41,065 nucleotides of DNA, from IMG/VR virus record IMGVR_UViG_3300022555_000122; one strand, written 5' to 3'. Positions 35,227 to 41,065 of the stretch are shown here, piece after piece (position 1 is the stretch's first letter; every line of letters starts with the position of its first letter). This DNA comes from a virus. The notes below the pieces were generated by a model. The model was given only the letters and a program-made list of their open reading frames with translations, did no database searches and was not told where the DNA came from. The position numbers and the translations under genes are program-made.

Positions 35227-35387
35227 TCTGGCCTCCTTTCTTGTTTGAACTTGGTTTCATCATGATCCACCTCGATGAATTGATCATCATCAACCAGGAT
35301 CATTTTATTTACGTTCCGGTACCATAAGGCGCCGGCATCGATCCCGGAGATCTCCTCCAGGTTTCGATAGTACTTCCTACGTGCCAT
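35223..35387 (-). CDS. Small protein, 54 aa; not in the supplied ORF track
   Basis: My own translation gives MARRKYYRNLEEISGIDAGALWYRNVNKMILVDDDQFIEVDHDETKFKQERRPE. It starts 3 nt after the stop of ORF 35391..35636, and its TGA overlaps the next ATG (ATGA). Confidence 0.5.
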   Translation of the reverse strand: MARRKYYRNLEEISGIDAGALWYRNVNKMILVDDDQFIEVDHDETKFKQERRPE

Positions 35388-35390
35388 GGA

Positions 35391-35636
35391 TTAGGATTCT
35401 TCCTGAGAAATGAATAATGCCTCAAGCAGGCTATAGAATGAACTTTGAAGTTCAAAGAATTCACTCTCTACTCCTGCCTTGTAAGGATCATTCGCCGCGA
35501 TAGCAAAAGTCTGCTTTGCAAGAAAATCCTTGATGCCGATACCGAATCTCTTCAGGTCCTCCAGCGATTCAATAATTTGTGGGGTGATTGGCTGCCCGTC
35601 AATTACAATACTCGGGCTGTTGGTTTGTTTGTTCAT
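35391..35636 (-). CDS. Hypothetical protein, 81 aa
   Basis: First ORF of a three-gene mini-operon. Confidence 0.5.
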   Translation of the reverse strand: MNKQTNSPSIVIDGQPITPQIIESLEDLKRFGIGIKDFLAKQTFAIAANDPYKAGVESEFFELQSSFYSLLEALFISQEES

Positions 35637-35654
35637 TGGTACCTCCTAAAGAGA

Positions 35655-35789
35655 AAGCCCTCTGTGCTGTCCCGGTCACTAAAACCGTGTGTGTCGCATT
35701 ACTGCGACACACGCACAGAGGGCTTCCCCTATATAGAAGATGAATGTTCAATTGATTAGTGTTAGGACACTACAAATATACATCTTCTA
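35655..35789 (-). other. Two adjacent compound stem-loop structures in an intergenic region (candidate structured RNA or complex terminator)
   Basis: Structure 1: 13-bp outer stem (35655-35667 / 35713-35725), then a 21-nt one-sided bulge, then a 10-bp inner stem (35689-35698 / 35703-35712) with loop ttac (GUAA on the minus strand). Structure 2: 9-bp outer arms (35734-35742 / 35781-35789) around a 5-bp hairpin (35758-35771). Confidence 0.6.
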
Positions 35790-35819
35790 GCGAAAATGTC
35801 AATACCAATTAATTATCCT

Positions 35820-36458
35820 TTATTTTATCAATTCTTGTAAAATCTCATCAAATCCATCAGCGTTATCAATGGCAAATTTGTAAGATGATGTACTATATTC
35901 AGAAAGTTCAATTATTGAGAATTCAACTCTACCTCCTTTTGATAATATATCACATAATTTCTTTGAATCTTTTTTATTTAGGATAAGTCTATCAGAATCA
36001 TTTTTTGCATTAAGAACAATTATCTCAGAATCTTTTGATTTAACCTTAATCCTATATCCATATTCAATTGATGATTTTACTGGATTTTTACCGGCATATT
36101 CAAACAGCATTATTGCTACTGATTCCGGATTATCAATTAAGAACCTAACTTTCAAATCCGCATTTTCAGTTGCACTATTACTGAAAAAGCCAAAAATATC
36201 AGGTGAAGTTGTAATATGCTTTTCCTTTGTAGGATCCCCGAAATCATCTACATAAAATTTGGTTATCCAAATTCCTTTTTGTGATATAGCACCAGATTTT
36301 TGTGGGCTATACATAGCCATTGCTAAAGAATCTGCTACTCGAAGGGAATCAGTAATCCTTTTTACCTCCAAATCCTTTGCAGAAGGAGAATTTAAGGAAG
36401 TGCAACTTGAAATAGTTACCTGGATAAAGACAAAAAAGTAAAGTAAAATCTTTTTCAT
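35820..36458 (-). CDS. Lipoprotein, 212 aa (moron-like accessory gene)
   Basis: Signal peptide with lipobox MKKILLYFFVFIQVTISSC. The gene is visibly more AT-rich than its neighbours. A terminator lies upstream and structured elements lie downstream. Confidence 0.7.
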   Translation of the reverse strand: MKKILLYFFVFIQVTISSCTSLNSPSAKDLEVKRITDSLRVADSLAMAMYSPQKSGAISQKGIWITKFYVDDFGDPTKEKHITTSPDIFGFFSNSATENADLKVRFLIDNPESVAIMLFEYAGKNPVKSSIEYGYRIKVKSKDSEIIVLNAKNDSDRLILNKKDSKKLCDILSKGGRVEFSIIELSEYSTSSYKFAIDNADGFDEILQELIK

Positions 36459-36494
36459 ATCCCTATATTTAATTGGTTAAGCCTGCAATATAAT

Positions 36495-36517
36495 AAAAAA
36501 ACCGGCTGGAGGCCGGC
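36495..36517 (-). terminator. Rho-independent terminator after hicA
   Basis: Stem ccggc (36502-36506) / gccgg (36512-36516), followed on the minus strand by T7 (A-run 36495-36501 on plus). Confidence 0.65.
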
Positions 36518-36525
36518 AACAGGAA

Positions 36526-36765
36526 TTATCCATTAATCAGAAATTCAATAAAGTCCTCTCTGTCTGCTCCTAACGTTCTGAGCGAATTTCGGATAATGAA
36601 CTCAGGGATTGGATCTAAATGGGTTTGTAAAACAATGGGTCTCTTTACAGATTTTCCGGCCCATGTTTCATGGCCACCCCTGGTTCGTTGATGTTTAAGT
36701 CCTTTATACTCTAAATATTTTCTAAAGGTTTTTAAGGAAATATTTTTTAATGACTTGGAAGACAT
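36526..36765 (-). CDS. hicA: HicA-like toxin (mRNA interferase fold), 79 aa
   Basis: LKTFRKYLEYKGLKHQRTRGGHETWAGKSVKRPIVLQTHLDPIPEFIIRNSLRTLGADREDFIEFL fits the HicA/YcfA pattern (G-x-H ... v.vp.H...i....l..il...g). It overlaps the upstream partner by 1 nt. Confidence 0.65.
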   Translation of the reverse strand: MSSKSLKNISLKTFRKYLEYKGLKHQRTRGGHETWAGKSVKRPIVLQTHLDPIPEFIIRNSLRTLGADREDFIEFLING

Positions 36766-37148
36766 TAACAGAGTATGGGCATTTCTACCGACTTATCAAA
36801 CTTACGGAAAGAATGCTTATCAAAAATGCGGCTGAAATTTTCATTGTTGCTCAGAAGTTCGCTCATGGGTGGAGCTGTACATTTTTTCTCCTTTACTTTC
36901 CAACCCAGGCGTACCAGTTCAGAATGAAACGTCTTCTTATGTTGTGTATAGGAAATGAATTCGCCAAAACAATGGGTAAATGACTTCATTGCCTCTTTCT
37001 CATCACTTCCATACCCGGATAAATCAAGAGCAGGACAATAAATAATATGAGCATTATCCTCTTCAAAAGCAATCATGGAAAGATGAACCTTCATTTGATG
37101 GTTAGGTGATTTAATATCACCATCCAAAGTAATTCGTTTGTCCCCCAT
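36765..37148 (-). CDS. hicB: HicB-like antitoxin (N-terminal HicB fold), 127 aa
   Basis: MKVHLSMIAFEEDNAHIIYCPALDLSGYGSDEKEAMKSF matches the HicB N-terminal domain pattern. It is coupled to hicA. I recognised no RHH or HTH C-terminal domain. Confidence 0.55.
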   Translation of the reverse strand: MGDKRITLDGDIKSPNHQMKVHLSMIAFEEDNAHIIYCPALDLSGYGSDEKEAMKSFTHCFGEFISYTQHKKTFHSELVRLGWKVKEKKCTAPPMSELLSNNENFSRIFDKHSFRKFDKSVEMPILC

Positions 37149-37250
37149 TGAAGTCTGATATTTAATGAACTCTGGAAAGAAGTGTGTTTATTTGTTGGAT
37201 TTGCACAACAAAGATACGATAAAAAAAATAATTCCAGGATAAGCCATGTC

Positions 37251-37288
37251 AAAAAAAAACCGGGATAACTCTGTCAGTAACTCCCGGT
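37251..37288 (-). terminator. Rho-independent terminator after the 180-aa lipoprotein/TMD gene
   Basis: Stem accggga (37259-37265) / tcccggt (37282-37288), followed on the minus strand by T9 (A-run 37251-37259 on plus). Confidence 0.65.
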
Positions 37289-37353
37289 CTTCCTCATTCG
37301 AAATAACAAACATCAGAAAAAGGATCGATCGCCGTGGTGATCCTCGCCCTACA

Positions 37354-37896
37354 TTAGGGACTTTTGCGTATTACTCCGGAGAAGATCCTCCCAAGTTGGA
37401 ATTTTTTCCATAAGAATACGAATAGTAATACAACGATGATGCCGCAAACAATGGAGATCCACTTCGCCCAGGGCTGCCCTTTGGTGGCCAACTTCTTGTC
37501 CTGGATAATGGTTTCCTGTTTTATGTTACCCTTTATTGCCTCTTTTTCATGACCGGTTGATACATTTTCAGTCTTTTTCGTACCATATTCCTGCTTTTTC
37601 GTCACTTTTTTTTCATGAACCGGTACATTTATCATTAAACCGGTCCGCGGGTCCGGGATCCGGATCAGCGTGTCGATGGTCTCAGTCACCTCAGTATTGG
37701 CCACAATACTCTCATCCGTTTTAGTTACTGAATTTGTAACATTATCCCTGGTCTGGTCGATATGCTCCTCGGTCTTAACATCGGTTTTATCCTTTTGCAC
37801 ATCCCGGGAAGCAGCGCACCCGGACAGCAGCCGGGTGATCAGAAAGAGAATTGCTATGAATAGCAATGCGTAAATGTCAATGGAATGTTTTTTCAT
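37354..37896 (-). CDS. Protein with an N-terminal lipoprotein signal and a C-terminal transmembrane helix, 180 aa (unimolecular-spanin-like topology)
   Basis: Lipobox ...ITRLLSGC at the N-terminus. C-terminal TMD WAKWISIVCGIIVVLLFVFLW. The middle is hydrophilic and rich in Thr, Lys and Glu. Confidence 0.7.
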   Translation of the reverse strand: MKKHSIDIYALLFIAILFLITRLLSGCAASRDVQKDKTDVKTEEHIDQTRDNVTNSVTKTDESIVANTEVTETIDTLIRIPDPRTGLMINVPVHEKKVTKKQEYGTKKTENVSTGHEKEAIKGNIKQETIIQDKKLATKGQPWAKWISIVCGIIVVLLFVFLWKKFQLGRIFSGVIRKSP

Positions 37897-37970
37897 GTTT
37901 CTTTTTTTTTATCCTGAAGGCTGATCCCTCTGGTCAGATCCAGCGCGGGATCAGTTTATCAGGAAGTGCT

Positions 37971-37978
37971 TATATTTG
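37971..37978 (+). promoter_or_regulatory. Consensus Bacteroidota-type -7 promoter box TATATTTG (TAnnTTTG)
   Basis: Perfect match, 29 nt upstream of the ATG at 38007. Confidence 0.45.
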
Positions 37979-38006
37979 AGTTGTCAAACCTTAAAACATA
38001 AGCAAC

Positions 38007-38243
38007 ATGTATTCACAAGAAATTAAGAACTTACAACAAGAATTACGCAATGGCAACATTGATAAGGTTGTTCCCTTCGTTTGCCAGCAAATAAGAGACA
38101 ATCTTACCGCACAAGAGTTAAAACCTCTAAAAGATCTTGAGAAATACGTTAAACGTGCTCTTAGTGGTGATCCTACGATTGACATTGAAAAATACATAGA
38201 TATTGTTATTGGATTGAATCGGAAGAAACGGGTACGCCGTTAA
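38007..38243 (+). CDS. Hypothetical protein, 78 aa; the only plus-strand gene outside the lysogeny module
   Basis: ATG-initiated ORF with a consensus -7 box upstream and a plausible composition. Confidence 0.5.
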   Translation: MYSQEIKNLQQELRNGNIDKVVPFVCQQIRDNLTAQELKPLKDLEKYVKRALSGDPTIDIEKYIDIVIGLNRKKRVRR

Positions 38244-38391
38244 AATCTTCCGGTTTTAACTTCATTATATCTTCAGTACCGAATTCCTCAATCAGAAATT
38301 TCCTTTTGAACCGCATACCTGATTTAGAGAGGAGTTGTATCCAATACAATTCCTCTTCTTTAGTTTTGGGTTCATATAATGTTCTTTCCAT
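38206..38391 (-). CDS. Hypothetical protein, 61 aa
   Basis: The ORF converges on 38007..38243 and overlaps its 3' end by 38 nt. Composition is plausible. Confidence 0.4.
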   Translation of the reverse strand: MERTLYEPKTKEEELYWIQLLSKSGMRFKRKFLIEEFGTEDIMKLKPEDFNGVPVSSDSIQ

Positions 38392-38478
38392 ACTCAGTTT
38401 TCGGTTAAAAACAGCCGCCCAACCGTAAGCGACTGTTCAATTTCTCTTCTCTTCGCGGTATAAAGAACGTCAGTTGAA

Positions 38479-38784
38479 TTAATTTCCAGCCGGGATCTCC
38501 CCGGATTGTTTCAATTGTGCCACAATCAGTGAAGCATTTGCGGCAGTTTGACCGGTCTCAGCATCCTTATTCTTCCTTTTACCATCCCAAATCTGGTAAT
38601 AGAATCCGGCCAATGCCACGATGGCTGCTGCTATTCCTGCCCACTCCGGGGCCTGGTTATGAAGTGCATTCCAGACAATATAAAAAGCGATTGCCAGGGG
38701 AATAGGAAGGGATACCATGGTAACAATAAACATGAGCACCCTTAGTGAGCTCTCAGGTTTGTCCGATCTTAAGAAGTTCCACAT
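38479..38784 (-). CDS. Holin-like membrane protein, 101 aa, two TMDs and a charged C-terminus
   Basis: TMDs VLMFIVTMVSLPIPLAIAFYIVW and WAGIAAAIVALAGFYYQIW, followed by GKRKNKDAETG. Confidence 0.5.
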   Translation of the reverse strand: MWNFLRSDKPESSLRVLMFIVTMVSLPIPLAIAFYIVWNALHNQAPEWAGIAAAIVALAGFYYQIWDGKRKNKDAETGQTAANASLIVAQLKQSGEIPAGN

Positions 38785-38789
38785 AATTT

Positions 38790-39506
38790 TTATGATGTGA
38801 CTTTATTTATTACTTCGCCACCGACAACTGATTCAAACGCAGATCCAATCTCGGATAAATAAAGCGGGTCCTGCGATTTATCATAATTAAAGGTGACTAC
38901 ATTCTTCGATTCAATTAAATAGTCCCCGATAGATAGACCATAAGTAACTCCGGAAGTATCCGGACTCACATCTGGGAAAAATATATGGTTTCCATCAACA
39001 AATATTTGAAATTCATCGCCCGATGGTATATCGCTTAAGCTTGCCTGGTCATCAGAAATTTGAATTCTAACATACATTCCATCGTCACTCGTTTCTGCAT
39101 AGAATGTCGGATGAGATACAGTGGAATTATTGACTACGGCTGTTGCCTGACCTCCCGGATATTGTTTCCCGTTTGTACCTCTTACAGTATTGACAATGTT
39201 AATCCTTAATTCATCCGTTGAATAGATAAGGTTTCCATCGTCATCCTCAAGGTGATATGCAACAATTTCATCCTGACCATCAGCCCTATCAATAATCAAT
39301 GCAGTAACAACTCCATTAACTACAAATGTGATATCACTATTGGATATCGAAGTAACATCAACCGGATCAAAAAAATTCAGGATCAAATACCGGCCATTAC
39401 CATCGGCACTGAGTTCAGCTGAAATCAAAATAAGAGGATCAGCAGGCACAGGTGCTCTGTTACTTTTACGGTTTCTAATCGAGAATGTCAGCCCCAAAGC
39501 CATCAT
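38790..39506 (-). CDS. Hypothetical protein, 238 aa, with two internally similar beta-rich halves (Ig-like repeat pattern)
   Basis: Both halves follow the pattern ...(L/I)x(F/I)....(D/S)..(I/F)x(F/V)xV(N/D)G.......... seen in Ig-like repeats. This is only a pattern impression. Confidence 0.5.
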   Translation of the reverse strand: MMALGLTFSIRNRKSNRAPVPADPLILISAELSADGNGRYLILNFFDPVDVTSISNSDITFVVNGVVTALIIDRADGQDEIVAYHLEDDDGNLIYSTDELRINIVNTVRGTNGKQYPGGQATAVVNNSTVSHPTFYAETSDDGMYVRIQISDDQASLSDIPSGDEFQIFVDGNHIFFPDVSPDTSGVTYGLSIGDYLIESKNVVTFNYDKSQDPLYLSEIGSAFESVVGGEVINKVTS

Positions 39507-39757
39507 ACATACAATTTTACCGTCCCTGCAGCAGCTGTTGTACCGGTTGCATAAACCTGTTTAACCTGGACAAATAAATATTCTTTGGGCGACATCGTGA
39601 TGGTCTGTACCTGGCCACCCACGGTTAGGAACCTGATGGCTTTATCGGCATTATCGGTATGAAAAACGTAACCCGGAGCTTCCAGCAGTTCATTATCTGA
39701 TGGCACAATATCAATCAGGTTATCAAAAAGAATCGGTTTATCAAGAGTTACTTGCAT
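39503..39757 (-). CDS. Hypothetical protein, 84 aa
   Basis: The ORF has an ATGA overlap with the downstream gene. Confidence 0.5.
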   Translation of the reverse strand: MQVTLDKPILFDNLIDIVPSDNELLEAPGYVFHTDNADKAIRFLTVGGQVQTITMSPKEYLFVQVKQVYATGTTAAAGTVKLYV

Positions 39758-39794
39758 GACGTTTGGTTTTATTGATTAAAAATATAATTTGATC

Positions 39795-40322
39795 CTACTC
39801 ATTGGAAGGACAGAATGTGAAAGACTCCAGTCTGTTCATCCAACCATTGAAAAATATTCTCTGATCCGGGTTTTCCTTAACGATATTATTGAGAAAATTA
39901 ATCCTGGCCTGGTATAGATCATTGAAAAAACACTGTTTGCTGTTTGCATTCAAAACCGTTAGTGTCATTTCACCGACTATCCCATCCGGAGTCACCCCGA
40001 GCAAACGCTGTGGTATTATGATTCCCCACTTACCGGATCCCCATACCCAATCCACCAGGATATTGGCAATCGACTGGTTCAGGATCTGATCAGCCTTCCA
40101 GGTATTCCAATATTTTATTAAAACAAACTTAAAATCATCTGGCGTTAATAACTTGATATCAGCATCATCTATATGCCCATCATGATTTTTATCATATCCT
40201 ACTTTCTGCCAAGTAGCAACAGTTACTCCCATATTGGTTGCCCCGCCGTTATCCAGAGGATCATTCACAAACCCGCCTTCCCACTGTAAGATTTTAGGCG
40301 CAAGCAATTCAATTTTTGCCAT
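39795..40322 (-). CDS. Endolysin, glycoside hydrolase family 108 N-terminal domain plus a peptidoglycan-binding C-terminal domain, 175 aa
   Basis: ILQWEGGFVNDPLDNGGATNMGVT is the GH108 signature. The C-terminal half fits the PG_binding_3-type pattern (LGVTPDGIVGEMTL). Confidence 0.85.
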   Translation of the reverse strand: MAKIELLAPKILQWEGGFVNDPLDNGGATNMGVTVATWQKVGYDKNHDGHIDDADIKLLTPDDFKFVLIKYWNTWKADQILNQSIANILVDWVWGSGKWGIIIPQRLLGVTPDGIVGEMTLTVLNANSKQCFFNDLYQARINFLNNIVKENPDQRIFFNGWMNRLESFTFCPSNE

Positions 40323-40327
40323 GATGC

Positions 40328-40678
40328 TTAATTTTTATACTCTAATTTGACGAATTTATGCTGATTCTTTCCCAGTTTTATCCTACTCAAAACGGCGAAT
40401 GGAACACTATCTCCATGAACAATCAGGAAAAACCTGTTCAGGTAGTACCCCTTTGAGGAGTACAGGTTTGCAAAACAAAAGCTGCCATCCTGGGATTCTT
40501 GAGTAAGAACATCGGCATACCCTTCATTAAGCTCAATAGTGACAGAAACATTAGGAAGGTTTTCGATTATTCCACTGATAGAAGAAGGATTTTTTTGCTC
40601 ATATCTTATCCAATAATTTGAACATGATGAAAGCGCTAAACACAGCACTAAACACAGCACTAAAAACATATTTTTCAT
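40328..40678 (-). CDS. Outer-membrane lipoprotein, 116 aa (o-spanin-like by position)
   Basis: Lipobox MKNMFLVLCLVLCLALSSC. Lies immediately upstream of the endolysin gene. Confidence 0.6.
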   Translation of the reverse strand: MKNMFLVLCLVLCLALSSCSNYWIRYEQKNPSSISGIIENLPNVSVTIELNEGYADVLTQESQDGSFCFANLYSSKGYYLNRFFLIVHGDSVPFAVLSRIKLGKNQHKFVKLEYKN

Positions 40679-40686
40679 AATTTTTA

Positions 40687-40977
40687 TTATTTAGTTAATT
40701 GACCTTCAATTGTAGAAATCCTTTCTCCATGATTTCCAATAGTTTTCTTTACATCTTCAATTTCTCCATCATGCCGTTCAAGACAACCACCTATTTCTTT
40801 ATGCTTTTCCAGGCAATATGTTTCCCTGCATTGCATCTGAACTATAAGTTTATCAACTGATTTCTTTAACGAAACAACTCCTTTGTAGAACTGGTATAGG
40901 AAAAACCCAATAACCGGAATGGCAATTATTTTAATGAGATCGTAAACGTCCTGGAGTAATAGATTTAAGGGATTCAT
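40687..40977 (-). CDS. Membrane protein, 96 aa, with an N-terminal TMD and a C-terminal coiled coil (i-spanin-like or holin-like); its start lies in the terminal repeat
   Basis: TMD LIKIIAIPVIGFFLYQFY, followed by a heptad-like charged region (HDGEIEDVKKTIGNHGERISTIEGQL). Once circularised, its start lies 3 nt after the stop of ORF 42..533. Confidence 0.6.
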   Translation of the reverse strand: MNPLNLLLQDVYDLIKIIAIPVIGFFLYQFYKGVVSLKKSVDKLIVQMQCRETYCLEKHKEIGGCLERHDGEIEDVKKTIGNHGERISTIEGQLTK

Positions 40978-41065
40978 AGTTAAGAATTGATATTAGAGTT
41001 TTTGATGCCTTCAGTTTTCATTGTAAACACAAATGACCTCCCGTTGCAATCCATATACTGGTACT
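40939..41065. repeat. Right copy of the exact 127-bp terminal direct repeat
   Basis: Identical to 1-127. It contains the start of ORF 40687..40977. Confidence 0.97.

Larger units (their letters stand above)
1..40938. mobile_element. Complete circular temperate tailed-phage genome (unit length 40,938 bp), probable Bacteroidota host
   Basis: The exact 127-bp end overlap closes the circle. TerL, protease, capsid, tape measure, endolysin, integrase and repressor are all present. Gene order continues across the junction. Confidence 0.85.

Noticed and set aside
35641-35647. Shine-Dalgarno-like AGGAGG 5 nt upstream of the ATG of ORF 35391..35636
   Set aside because: None of the other starts I inspected (radC, terL, capsid, primase, endolysin) has an SD. 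This fits a Bacteroidota-type host, so the single match is probably chance and not evidence for SD-dependent initiation.
40636-40659. Perfect 12-nt tandem duplication (ctaaacacagca x2)
   Set aside because: It encodes the duplicated LVLC segment of the lipoprotein signal peptide hydrophobic core. It is a trivial slippage duplication with no sign of a regulatory role.

Overview
The window is a complete, circularly closed genome of a temperate tailed phage. Positions 1-127 are identical to 40939-41065, giving a unit length of 40,938 bp. The host is probably a Bacteroidota bacterium. The starts I checked lack Shine-Dalgarno sequences, several TAnnTTTG -7 boxes are present, the tyrosine integrase has a Bacteroidota-style N-terminus, and the signal peptides and lipoboxes are of Bacteroidota type. 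About 55 genes are tightly packed, and all but three lie on the minus strand.

Gene order on the minus strand, read by descending coordinate:
- An early/regulatory block (cro-like ORF, LuxR-type HTH, small ORFs).
- A 1,304-aa DnaG-primase/P-loop helicase fusion, followed by an iteron-like AT-rich region.
- Three tandem paralogs of an unknown family, then a Zn-ribbon protein, an ASCH-like protein and small ORFs.
- An S49/ClpP-type prohead protease, a 720-aa scaffold-capsid fusion with two C-terminal repeat domains, and a 273-aa protein carrying the same domain.
- A G/GT-like ORF pair joined by a candidate -1 frameshift site.
- A PLD-like nuclease, TerS-like and TerL.
- A 560-bp non-coding island.
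- A small acidic ORF, a RadC-like JAB protein, a secreted protein, a putative portal and three structural ORFs.
- A lysis cluster: membrane/coiled-coil protein, OM lipoprotein, GH108 endolysin and a holin-like protein.
- An accessory island: u-spanin-like protein, HicB/HicA, a lipoprotein, small ORFs and a Bro-N antirepressor.
- A dense hairpin array, then the tape-measure and distal tail genes.

The plus strand carries an XRE-type repressor and the integrase, with attP-like arm repeats between them.

I saw no rRNA, tRNA, CRISPR array or reverse transcriptase. All functional calls rest on motifs read by eye. No database search was run.
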